Origin: Pelomyxa schiedti
Taxonomy: Eukaryota; Protista; Evosea
Assembly: GCA_020536535.1 (NCBI GenBank)
Contig: JAHLWZ010000358.1
Coordinates: forward strand, 1 to 63,380
Direction: 5' to 3'
DNA: 63,380 nt
The notes under the pieces were generated by a model that was given only the letters and a program-made list of their open reading frames with translations, was not told the origin of the DNA and did no database searches. The translations under genes were made by a program, and so were the position numbers. Positions 1-11,400 of this stretch are shown here, piece after piece (positions within the stretch are counted from its first letter, which is position 1; every line of letters begins with the position of its first letter).

Positions 1-62
1 GTTTTTTTTGTTCGGGGGTTTTATTGTTGTGGTGCGTGGGTCGCGTGTACTTGGGCATCGCT

Positions 63-1461
63 ATGTCTTTGATTCAGATCGGCAAAGGGCTACTGATTGT
101 GGACGGGAACTATTTCAACATCGCCGTACCTTTTTTTTTTTACAACAAAGAAAAGAAGTGGTTTTCGTTTTCCACTCATTGTGTGGGTAGTTGGGATCAA
201 GGAACATTGACTATGACGCTTTTACCAAAGCTTTGGAGAAAAGAATTGGAACTACTTTTGTGGACAAATTTTTGTGCGTGCATCGTTCCACGTTACATCT
301 TTCCTCACCTTTTTAAAAAGTATCGATTCCAAGGTTATTTTTATATTGGGGGCATATAGTTTCTCATTTCTCAAAGGTAACAGCTAAAGAAAAGTACAAC
401 CAGCTAGGGTGGCAGTATCCAGAGTTCACCTCCAAAATGTCCACGAAATATGTATGTGCACTTTTCGTTTAATGTAAGACTACTTTATCCTTGTTCCCCC
501 TTCACCGTGTTTAGGCTAAATGCCCAAACTGCAATACAAGGTTCGCGCACAAATTTTCGGTACAAGCAGGCGTTGACGTTGGCATTGCTGTCACTTTGCT
601 GGATTCTGGCGCTTTTAATAGTGATATTGAAGAGGAAGGCAAAAAAAGCCCTGCCAGAGTCATTTCTCATTGTCAATTAGATAGTTTTGGTTGCCGGGGA
701 TGGTGATTTTTACACAGCAGTAGAAAAGACCAAGAACAAGTATCATAAGCACATATGGGTAACTCCCTCCTGAAGATTAAGTTGTAAATCCAAAAGATGA
801 AATAGTTATGCTTGCGAAGGTTGTTTACCAAATAGATTCGTTCAGCACACGTCTAACTGCTTTAGCTGGAATGCGTGCAATTTCCCTCGACGAAATTCTT
901 ATTGAAATCGGTTCCTCTCCCACATCAACTCTTTCTCGAACACCAACACCCCCATCAAATGAGCTTTCCCCTCCAGCGGATTGCATGCGATCCAGGTTGC
1001 ACTTCCTGGTGAATAGCATAACAAAGTAACATTCACCCAGAAACCGCACCTACCTGGCTATGTGTGAGATGCTATCAAACGGCCCAGATTACCCGGTGAC
1101 CTTCCGGTATGACTCAAATTATGTGCCGCCTCCACGGGAGCCACCAAATGCATTAAACCCACAAGTCCAACAATTTCCGCCAGCAATGCCACTACCACCT
1201 CCACTCCAACAACAGCAACAACATCCTTTCGCCCCCTCCCAATCCATTTCCCCTCAACCCATGCCAATGGGCATGCAAATGCAAATGTCAATGCCTATGC
1301 CGATTCCAATGCCCTTGCCCAATCTAATGTCTCAACCACAACCACCAATTGGTTCAAACATGATTCCGGGTCCGTATCCTCCTATGGCCTTTAATCCACA
1401 GCAACCCCCAATCAATGGGCCACCCCCAAGGCAACAAGGACCTTTCTACCCCCGTTACTGA
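63..1461 (+). CDS. NYN/LabA (DUF88) PIN-like nuclease-domain protein with Pro/Gln/Met-rich C-terminal tail; multi-exon
   Basis: Spliced exons give LIVDGNYF, QAGVDVGIAVTLL and IVLVAGDGDFYTAVEK, the conserved acidic NYN/LabA motifs. The last exon (about 1041-1461) is P/Q/M-rich. Confidence 0.8.
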
Positions 1462-1602
1462 AAGCCCTAAACAACAAAAAAAAAAGAAATGGCATGATCA
1501 ATAAATAGCCCCTTCAATTTCTTTCTATTCTTACTGCAGTGAGAGACATATGGAGAGAGTATGTTGAGTAAGTTTGTGGGTTTTGTTGGTTTGGGTGTTC
1601 CC

Positions 1603-3338
1603 TCAGTGGGAATTTGCATTGTGGGAAGCCATGTGGTACAGGGAGAAGTTGGGGTCATCAGTGATGTCCTTGATTACATGGGGTGCAATCCAGAACGGCA
1701 GCGGGACCTTCTCTGACTTGTTGGACACCTCCACCTGCAGCACAAGCTCGTTGTCCGGAGTGCCTCCTGGCTTGCGGGTGTTCTCGTCCAATTCGTAGTA
1801 CTTATCTCCCCACACGAAAGCACGGCGGAGGCGCGTGAATGGGCGCATGGATTGGTCTGCTTGCCTCAGGAGTGAGTTGTATTCCTTTACCGTAATAGGC
1901 CGCTCAACAATCACGTATTCACCTATGATATGGGTGGGTATTTCAGGTTAGTGGTGAGGCTGGAGTGAGAAGTTGAGAGTTAAATAGAGTGTTGTTGGGC
2001 AAGGGAAAGGTTTTGGTTTTTGTGATAATGCAGACCTGTTGTTGCATGTAGCGACGAGGAACTAGTGGTAGATGACTCTGTATGAGCTGGGGTGGGGATG
2101 GGACTTGGGGGTGCATCCGTTTCCGAGGAGGCAGGTGAAGGCCTGAGGAACTTGCGGGCAAGAGAATATGTGCTGGAATCTCCGTGGACACGCATCCTGA
2201 TGCACTGGTTCTCCTGAGCGTTCGAGCCAGCCAAGAACGTGTACTTGACAATGAAGTCAGTAATTCGCAGTTTAGCTCCAGATACTCCGGCGGAAGCTGC
2301 TGTTGCCTTGGCAGCATCCACGGCACCACGAGAAACAAGATATCTCTGCCATGACCCAGTTGGTGTCGGGGATAGGAGGCCCAAGTGGTTAGAAATTTGG
2401 GCAACAACTCGCACAATCTTCCCGTTAAAGTTTGTGCTGTTGTCTATAACAACCACATTGGGGTGCCCGCCCCATACTTGACGAATCCTAAGATCCAATT
2501 CAGCAGCTTCAGCTACTGTTTCGCGCCGTGCCGTGTTATTGGACTAAAAAGAATTATTGAAAAAATTACAAGTTTGAATGAACACCTTGGTATAGAATTC
2601 AGTTGCACCAATCGCAGTTGACACCATGTGCACAACCAGATCATATCTTGAATCGCGCAGGAAATTTTCAGTCCAGCTTTCCATGAGCAACAGCTACGTG
2701 AAAGTTTCAGTCTTAGAAACCCGGATTAAGAACTCACCTCTTCCCACCTTTCTTCAGACATGTAAGCAGCAGCGTCAACAGTGCCCCTGTCGCAAACAAT
2801 GACTGTTGCCTGCTTGCTGCTTCTGGCGATTCTACAGAAGCTGTCCTCCATTGCCATCTGGCACCGTATACGAGATGTCTCCCAGCACATTTGATGAGCC
2901 TTGGTTCCGTGGACAGGGAACCCAGCACCAGCGTTGGAGAATATCGTTGCTATAAATACACGAAAAAGAAAAATGACATCAGAATTAGATTCAACTGCGA
3001 TAAGTAGAAGGAAGGAGTGGTACAGTTTTCTGGAATAAGAAACACTTGGAAGCCACATGAACGCAGACGCTCAGCTATCTCCGACAGGGCTGTTTTGTAT
3101 AAGAACAAAAAATAACGAAAAGGGAACGAAAACCGTTCACAATAATGGGTCACAAAAGTATATTTAAAATGAGCCGCGTTTCTACGATTTCACTTATCGC
3201 AGGAAGGAACAGATCTGTACCTGTTGTCTTTCCTCCGCATGGGCCCCCGGTCAAAACGATGCGATACAACAAAGGGGGTGTGTTCTCGTCACGGGTGTCG
3301 GGTCCCATGAGTAGGCTCTCGCCGGTGGGGGACGACAT
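1603..3338 (-). CDS. TTD14-like protein: AAA_28/NadR-type P-loop NTPase plus CYTH-like domain; multi-exon
   Basis: RIVLTGGPCGGKTT (P-loop), VIVCDRGTVDAAAYM, LRDSRYDLVVHMVSTAIGA, WGGHPNVVVIDNSTNF; C-terminal RRAFVWGDKYYELD...KDITDDPNFSLYHMA. Confidence 0.85.
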
Positions 3339-3626
3339 CGTTTAAATGACTTAGGACAGGAGCTAGGCTTGTTGGTAGGCGCTGTCTACGAAAAAATGCT
3401 TTGAATGTGTTTGAAATTGGACCCGAAACCCCTTGTTGTTTTTGCTTTCGCATTCTGCGATGTGCAATAAGGACTTTTTGAGCAATAGTATCTGATCACA
3501 TTTCATCAACTGAAAAGTCCCATCTCAATTAGCAGCTCCATCCCATTCGTAAGGGCCCACTCCCTGAATCTCATGATGTGGAACTCTTCAGCAGGAACAG
3601 CCACTCCTCAATGGAGAGTCCTTGAT

Positions 3627-3822
3627 GGAAAGGGAAAAAAAGGGAAAAAAAGGGAAAAAAAGGGAAAAAAAGGGAAAAAAAAGGGAAAAAAAAGGGAAAA
3701 AAAAAGGGAAAAAAAAAGGGAAAAAAAAGGGAAAAAAAAGGGAAAAAAAAAGGGAAAAAAAAAGGGAAAAAAAAGGGAAAAAAAAAGGGAAAAAAAAGGG
3801 AAAAAAAAGGGAACAAAAAGGG
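3627..3822 (+). repeat. Polypurine tandem array (GGG A7-9)n, 18 GGG blocks
   Basis: Directly visible; GGG blocks recur every 10-12 bp between the divergent TTD14-like and lipase genes. Confidence 0.95.
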
Positions 3823-3869
3823 ATGTTCGTCTAACTCGTTTGTTTCTTCGTTTTTGAAAGAGCACGCCG

Positions 3870-5504
3870 ATGGCAGCAAATGTTGGGTAGTCGCCTTTTT
3901 GTCTGATAGCTTTGCACAACCAACAACAAACTCCCCTCCCATAATACTGCAGCGGCGCCGGGACACCCGTGATAACTGCCGAGTCTGTGCTGGCCTGCAG
4001 TGACTCCAGCGGAGCCAACTTGGTTTCTTCCGCGCTGCTGGAGGGCGTGACCGGGCTAGTTACGCCAGTGTCGGACACCGGTGGGACACAGTCTGCCACG
4101 GTGGCACCTTATGGGCACGACGCCCAGATGCTGTTCCTGTCGTGCCTGCCGTACTTTTCCAATAAATTTCAGGGAACTCGAGAGGCAATTGAGGCCTCCA
4201 CTGCTACTGCGCTGTCATCTTTTTTGAGACGAGGCGATGTCATCCAGAGAATAGGTTGTTTGGCCAGATAGTACTATGTGAATAAGTTATTCTCACACAT
4301 TTTATTTTTTGGCTATTTTGCTAAGCTTTGGGCCAGGCACTTGGGAAGTTGTCTGGGGACCTGTGTGCAATGTGTCTCTAACTGGAGTTGTTGATAACGC
4401 ATTCCTTGTTCTACGAAATGTTGTAACACCAACAACTTATTGCATATCCATATGTGGGACAAACCCTCGTTCACTAAATAGCTGGCTCTTCCAAGTATAG
4501 TTTGTTCCGCCTTTTGCCTGTCTAAGTGGTGAGACTTGGAAACTAAAAACGGGTTAGGACTTCAACATATCTCTTGTACAGTGGCCATATGCAACTCCTA
4601 CAAGAACTGGTGCCTGCGTGGCACATGGCTACTTAAATGTGATAGAGTGGATGAGTAGTGTCACTGCCACAGGGGTTAGTCTCCATACGTTTCTTTCCAA
4701 AGAAACAGAAGAACTCAACTGTACCCTCGAAATGCAACAGTACTTTTTATTAACAGCAATATTAAAAAAAAAAAGGTCAAGGAAAGAAGATGCATCTGAT
4801 TGTCACAGGCCATAGCCTTGGTGGAGGTTTAACACCTACTTTGGCTTTGTTTTTGGCGGATACTGTGCATCTTTGGGATCCAAAATCTGTAGCCACTATT
4901 GAAACCGTTCCGATTGCGGGTCCCACTAGTGGCATGTAAAATTGGTATTTGGGGAAAAAACTCATTACTACCCACAGGAGACACAAAATTCGCCCAATAT
5001 GCAGAAGAGAAACTTGGTGCACATTTTCACCCAATTCGCAACCACTTTGATATTGTTACGCATGGATGGAATCGTGATCTATTGTTACAAATTCCTTCCC
5101 TTTACGAACCAGTTCTTCCTCTAAAGGAACTGCAATTACCACTGCAATTCCTCTTAGCGATGAACAAAAGCGATTATCAGCACATTAAACCATCACAAGG
5201 ATGGCTTTTGGTATGAACACTTTACTAGCAAAACAAATATCCAACTCGATGATAGACAACAAAACCAACTGTGAAGAAATCCGCTTTCTCAGGTTTTCCC
5301 CGGTATTGGAAGTAAAACCAACAATCTCACCCCAAACAAGAAATCACCTACCAGCACTTGAAAGCTTATTTCTTTGCCCTTGGTTGCACTGACATGCTGA
5401 AAATAATTGGGCCAGAAATTCCCATTTTCCAATTGGATTCTGAATCGGATATGACCATAGTTGGGACCATTGGGCAACTCCTCGGCCTGCGGTCTTCCTC
5501 TTAA
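3870..5504 (+). CDS. Class 3 lipase (alpha/beta hydrolase), bacterial-like; multi-exon; start approximate
   Basis: WEVVWGP, ICGTNP, nucleophile motif IVTGHSLGGG, AGPTSGD, NHFDIVTHGW (Asp) and spliced EITYQHLKAY (His). Confidence 0.85.
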
Positions 5505-5904
5505 ACCCACCATCACCGATAGAAAGAAGAGAACTTGTTTTTCGACACAATTGCTTTTGGGCTTTCTGCCTTCGCTATTCTGCTATAAGTCTATTTTTGC
5601 TACCGCAAACGAAAAACCAATTCTCTGCGAGTTCCACAGCCAATGGCAGGAGAGAAACAAACGTAACAACGATTTAAGTGCGGCCAAAAACCCCAAAACA
5701 TTTTTTGTAAAAAACTAGCTGCAGACAACAAGGTAAAATTGCGATTTCGAAAACGAAGATGAAATATAATAACCGATGATAGGTGTTGTACGCACGTGCA
5801 CCCACAGGCGAGACAATACACAGCCGAAACAAGCAAGCAAACAGACAAGATCTTCGACGTCGTAGATGCAAAACTGGTTTCCCTTCGCCGTGCCGACACA
5901 GACG

Positions 5905-8203
5905 ATGAGATCTCTGACAGCACCAACGCCAACGAAACCCACGCTGGACAACGTCGATTACACTCCGACTACGACACCGACCACTTCGACGAGCACTGCT
6001 CCGATTCCCCTCGGCTCGGCAACGAGCCCCTACCACTATCTTACTACGTCGACCTCTGGCTGGACTCCATCGACGCCGCCTTCGCCGCCGACTCCGCTGT
6101 CTTCCCATCATTACGGAGGGGCCATTACTTTTCCGCTGCCGCTCCTCGCGTTTGGCCCAACCTCGACTTTGCCGCTGCCGCCTCACTCGTCTACTCCTCC
6201 CATAAGTGGCACCGCGAGCCCTACGGATTCTACTCCTACGACTGCCAGCTTCTCGCCTTCGCTTATGCCTTTCTGCAACCTTCCTCCTGGTTTCCCAATC
6301 CCTGAGGCCCAGGAGGACCATCTAGAGGCTTTCACGGCAGACAAACGATTGGCTCATGTCTCCTTTGAAGAGCACAGGTGGCAGTACTTATCAGGCTTCA
6401 AGTATCATATCCCTGGACTAGCTTCAACTGCAACTCCTGCTCTTACTCTTACTCCTGGTCCAACTCCAGCACCGACAAGTGCAAACTTGTCTCAAGTCAC
6501 TACTCCAACTGCNNNNNNNNNNNNNNNNNNNNNNNNNNNNNNNNNNNNNNNNNNNNNNNNNNNNNNNNNNNNNNNNNNNNNNNNNNNNNNNNNNNNNNNN
6601 NNNNNNNNNNNNCAGGCTTCAAGTATCATATCCCTGGACTAGCTTCAACTGCAACTCCTGCTCTTACTCTTACTCCTGGTCCAACTCCAGCACCGACAAG
6701 TGCAAACTTGTCTCAAGTCACTACTCCAACTGCGATCCCTGTGTCTCAAACAACCACTCCGACCAGCCTTGCTACTGATGCACTAACCCATAGAATATCT
6801 GCCCTTGGTGCACCAGCTTTTATAACTGCACTACGCCAAGCCACGGGTTTGAGGTATGTATTCTTCACTCATATTTGTTCCTGATCACCCAAGATCGGAT
6901 GTGTCTGTAGAGTGTACAATTGGAGTAGGTTACCGTGGGCAAGTGGTAAAAGTCAAATCAGCGGATAAATTGTTGGCAGTGAAGGTCTTTGGATTTGATC
7001 GACAAGTTCTCAAGACATCATATATCAATGTTCTACAGGTTAACGCCCTCTTATTAGCAAGAGAAAGTAACGAGAATACTCAGAAAATGAGAGCCGACTT
7101 AGCACATGATCCTCATCTTATTGATATCGTCGAAGTTGTTTCAACCGCTCACAATGAGCTAGTCGTTGCTATGGAATTTGCTCCACATGGCAACTTGCTG
7201 CAAAAAATGCTCAAACCTGAATTTCAAGTGTTGGATCGAATAAAAGCTCTTGTAGGCATAGGTACTATGATCAGGATTGTTTCTCTCTCTCACTTGTTTT
7301 AGCGGAGTCTGCCCTTGTGCTACACGGGAGACTTGCTTCCGCACACGGCAACCTCAAGGTTTTTCCCCTGTTTGCACATCATCTCTTAATCTGGAGTAGC
7401 CAACAAATGTACTGTTCTCTGCCAATGACACGGTACAGCTGTCGGACTACTGCCCAGAGAAGTTGGCCTCTTCTTGCTATGATACCTATCAAATGTTTCT
7501 AAGGCCGAAGCACTACACCGACCCGGAGTATTTTACTCCTGTGTTTCTTCTTTACCCTACTAAATCGTACACAGGAGCGTGGTTAAGGGTCCACTAACAC
7601 CCAAAAGTGATGTGTACTCCCTCGGGGTATGGGCTTCCCTTTGTGAAACTTACGGAAGTCTAAAACGAATATCCTCACAGGTTATAGCAACTGAGCTCCT
7701 GACTGGAAAGACTGCACCAGATATCCCTGCTCTTGAGGAACTTAAGAAAGCGATGACGTCGTTCTCGAAAAGTGACATTACTGCTTTACTTGATAGGCGG
7801 TGCACTTGGTCTGATATGGTTGTGAGCACCTTAGTGAAGCTGATTTTGCGGTGCCGTGCCTGGTGTTCCTATAAGCGCCCCGAGATGGCACAAGTGCATT
7901 CAACACTCTTGGAGCTTCAACATGTATACACATCCTTCCGTTTTCCGTGTCCCTCCCAACCTCCCAAAACAGACCCTTGAAGAGGAAGAAAGGGCAAAGA
8001 AAGAAGTGCCCCCAGCCAACCATGCAACGGCTGCAGCTCAGTGCCCCATTTGCCTCCAACACCCGCCAGCAAAGGCAGCCGTACCCTGCGGCCACATGTT
8101 CTGCGCCGCCTGCGTTGCGGAACTCCAAGAAGAACACAGAGACACCACATGTGCACTTTGCCGGCAGGCTGTTACCAACTACTTGAAGGTGTTCCTGTCC
8201 TAG
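5905..8203 (+). CDS. IRAK/RLK-Pelle-like pseudokinase with Pro/Thr/Ser-rich N-terminus and C-terminal C3HC4 RING; spans an assembly gap
   Basis: IGVGYRGQV, LAVKV, MEFAPHGNL, HGNLK, YTDPEYF, LTPKSDVYSLGV, ELLTGK, KRPEM; RING CPIC...PCGHMFCAAC...CALCR. Confidence 0.8.
6392..6733. other. 121-bp exact duplication (6392-6512 = 6613-6733) flanking a 100-N scaffold gap
   Basis: Identical sequence on both sides of the N run; collapsing it restores one reading frame. Confidence 0.9.
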
Positions 8204-8434
8204 GCACCGACTCTCATCGCACTGGCACTGTATTACTTTTATCCCAACCCACCAACACCTACAACTCTATGGTTAGAATTTGAGGAAACAACAAATTCTC
8301 AGAGCAAAGCGAATAAACAAAATTCTTGTCATCTTCTGACCCTTGTTTTCGTTTCCAACGTGATCTAATTTCCCTGCATCTGAGAAATCGCAGCCGATCA
8401 CAGCTTTCTTCAACATAAATATTAAATAATATTG

Positions 8435-11400
8435 ATGGCTCAGCAGCAGGTTACTACGGCGATCGAGGGGATACAGGAGAGCGGTGCACCCACGGACAAC
8501 AGGGCGCTGAAACTGAGGCACTTGGCTACGTATGTGCATGCTTTGTTTCTGATAATTCCACATCTACAAGTTCCACGCGCAACCGTGTTAGTTGGTGTTT
8601 TTTTTGTGCAAACAAAGCACAAAAGAATTTGCTTCTGTTTGGAACGGGAGGAAAGAGCTAGGGCATTAAGCAATGGCTCCTTGAGTTTAAAAGGTAGAAC
8701 CGCTATTTACTTCCTCTTTGGGTGCAAACTCTCACGTAGGCCTGCAGTCTATTTGTTCAGGTGATGACTTGGTTTTAAAGGTTACTTTCTTAAGGGGAAG
8801 AAATCCAATACTCAACATTTAACTATAGCTCTTTGATTGGTTGACTCATCACTATCAGCGAGATAACGAATTTTTATCATACACTGCTAGAACTTTAGTA
8901 GGGATATTTCGGTTATTCAAAAAGCCATTCAAGAGTTTACCTTCGTTGGACGAAAAAGAAGTATGCTTATTTAAGTTGAAATCATTAGTTACCTTCACAT
9001 TTGACAATAGGAGGACATTGTCAATTGGTTAGTCTCCAAGATAAACTGTGATTGTCCAGCACTGTCAGTATTCTGCATAGGTATAGTTATTCTCATTTTT
9101 TCCCCGTTTTGAATGGCACAGAGCTCCTTTCTGACTTTGCAAGTGATTTCGACTATGGCAGTAGAGTTGTTTTTGCTGGGCCTGGCAGGAGTTTAGTGCA
9201 AAAAATAAAATTACTTCTCCCTGAAGGTTTCTTCCTACTTTTGTCTTCCTTTTCTGAGCACTCTGATCTCCATACCAAAGTTGATAGGCTCTTTCCGGCT
9301 CCCCCAACCATTGATGATCTTCCCCCACTGACATCTGATGCTGGTCCCATGTTTCCAATTTTGCGCCGTGAATCTTCTGACCACTCACATAAGCATCTTC
9401 CACATGTACAAACATCGGCAGCACGTCACAACTTCCACCCTCATCACCATCATCACAACAATGAACCGGCCGCACTCACTGATGAAGGAGGCTCTTCCAC
9501 TGCATCCACAGGTTTTTATTTGCTCTGGTTATATTACCTCAATACTTTCTTTAATAGGGAGTAGTAGTGATAGTGGCTCAGAAGCTACAGCTGCACAAAT
9601 TAATGATACACTTCCTAATGACCTCTCTGACCTTGATTTATTCACCCCATTAAATGAAGACACCTTAAAGCGGCTTGAATTTGTTAGTCGTCCTCAAGCA
9701 GTTGGTATTTTTTTTACAATTAACACTAATAGGTATGTGCCATACACACTTTGAGTGGCATAATAGACTATCAAGAAATGGTTCTACCATTCTATGATGC
9801 AGGTGGCACGGAGATAATTATTCCACTACTCAACATAAAACACCCCCATTTGTTGTGTGGTATGGATCATCAAATTGAAAATACTTGTGATTAAGTATAA
9901 CATTGATGCTAGCCACCTTTCATCTTGTTGCGGGTCTTCTTATACACAAGAGATTTGGCCAAACTCTACTCGAGTGTGGGGGTATAAAGCTTCTGCTATC
10001 TTTCCCAGTGAGTCCATTCTTTGCTGCCTCAATCGGACATTGCCTTGCCAGTTTTGCGGTCAATGGGCCTGCCTTCGCCAGCATAGCAATGGTACCTCCA
10101 TCATAAATTTTTTTACCTAACATCACACAGATGGGACCTGATCTTATCGAACAACTTGTCAAAATTTCCTTGGAGTTACTTTCCGCTCCATCAGAGACAG
10201 CCCAATGTGTTAGTCCAATCACTTTTTTTAAAAGAAAAACCTTCCCCAACCAAATGAACATACCTTTTCAAAATCAACACAGAAAAGTCTAGCTTTCTTG
10301 AGCTTAGCTCTGACATCTGTACAAGTACTACAGCAATTTGATCGGCGAAACGGACTATCAAATCTCATTGGTAGTTACTTTATTATTGAAAGTCAATCTC
10401 ACCAGAAAAAGAAAAACTCCATCTGTGCAGTGGGAACACTACTGGGAGACTTGCATTTCCTTTGTGTTTCTGTCTGCGGCAGTATTTACGGGCCCACTTT
10501 GTATTAAATATTGGAGGATTCAAGCGTAGCCGCGGTTTAAAATCTGCTTCAGTAATCTCCTTCTCAAACTCTTCTCACACCTACAATTCGCAAATTTAGT
10601 GACTTAAAAAGCTGAAAACCTGTGTAGAGATCCAGCATAGAGGATTCAAAGAAAGCTTTGGATACAGATGAAGATACCATTTCTGAGTTATCTTCAGTTT
10701 TTGAATATGCAGTTCAGCAAGGCACCATTCTTATCCTATCCCTTTTTTTAAACTTCAAAGCAGGTCTTTCACTGGATACTGGTTCACCTCCTTGGATCCA
10801 TATCGATTTATTAGTTAAAAATGGGGGTGTGGACTGTATGTTGAAACTTCTTAAACAGGCAATTTTATCACCAATTACTTTCAGGTATGATTTACTTTTT
10901 AAAAAAGTGTGCAAACAACCAACAGATTTGATGTAGTGCTTCATCTCCTCGAGTGCATGCATGTCATAACATTCCTTCCACAAGCACAGTTATTCATTCT
11001 CAATACTGCTACTCCTGACTCTCAGCAAACAGGTTTTAATTATAACTGTTTCTTGTTTACTAAGGATTTATAGGCTTAGAAGTGCTACTTGAGTGTGGTA
11101 CTACATCTCAACCACCTGAAGTCCTGCGTGAAGTTGTACTCATACTGTGTAACTGTGTTTGCAGGACCCCATTACAGTCTGCTATCCTATGTAATTTTAA
11201 AGTTTTCTTATGTCTCCACCAGAAAACGAAGCTTACCATCCCGACCGGTATTGGGACAATCTGCGACACCTTCCGCGGTCTCTAATCAAGTATCTAATAC
11301 AACTGCGCCATCGACTCCCGCCAAGCATAGCAATCAGACCGCTACACATTCAGAAGTTACGAGCACTCCAACCACCACTAGCACCACCACCCCGGCAACA

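Noticed and set aside
3571-4099. Lys/Gly-rich and Phe/Pro-rich ORFs in several frames
   Set aside because: They are translations of the G3A7-9 repeat, which has no stop codons.
6392-6733. Apparent tandem repeat within the kinase gene
   Set aside because: Exact 121-bp identity on both sides of a 100-N gap indicates an unmerged contig overlap.
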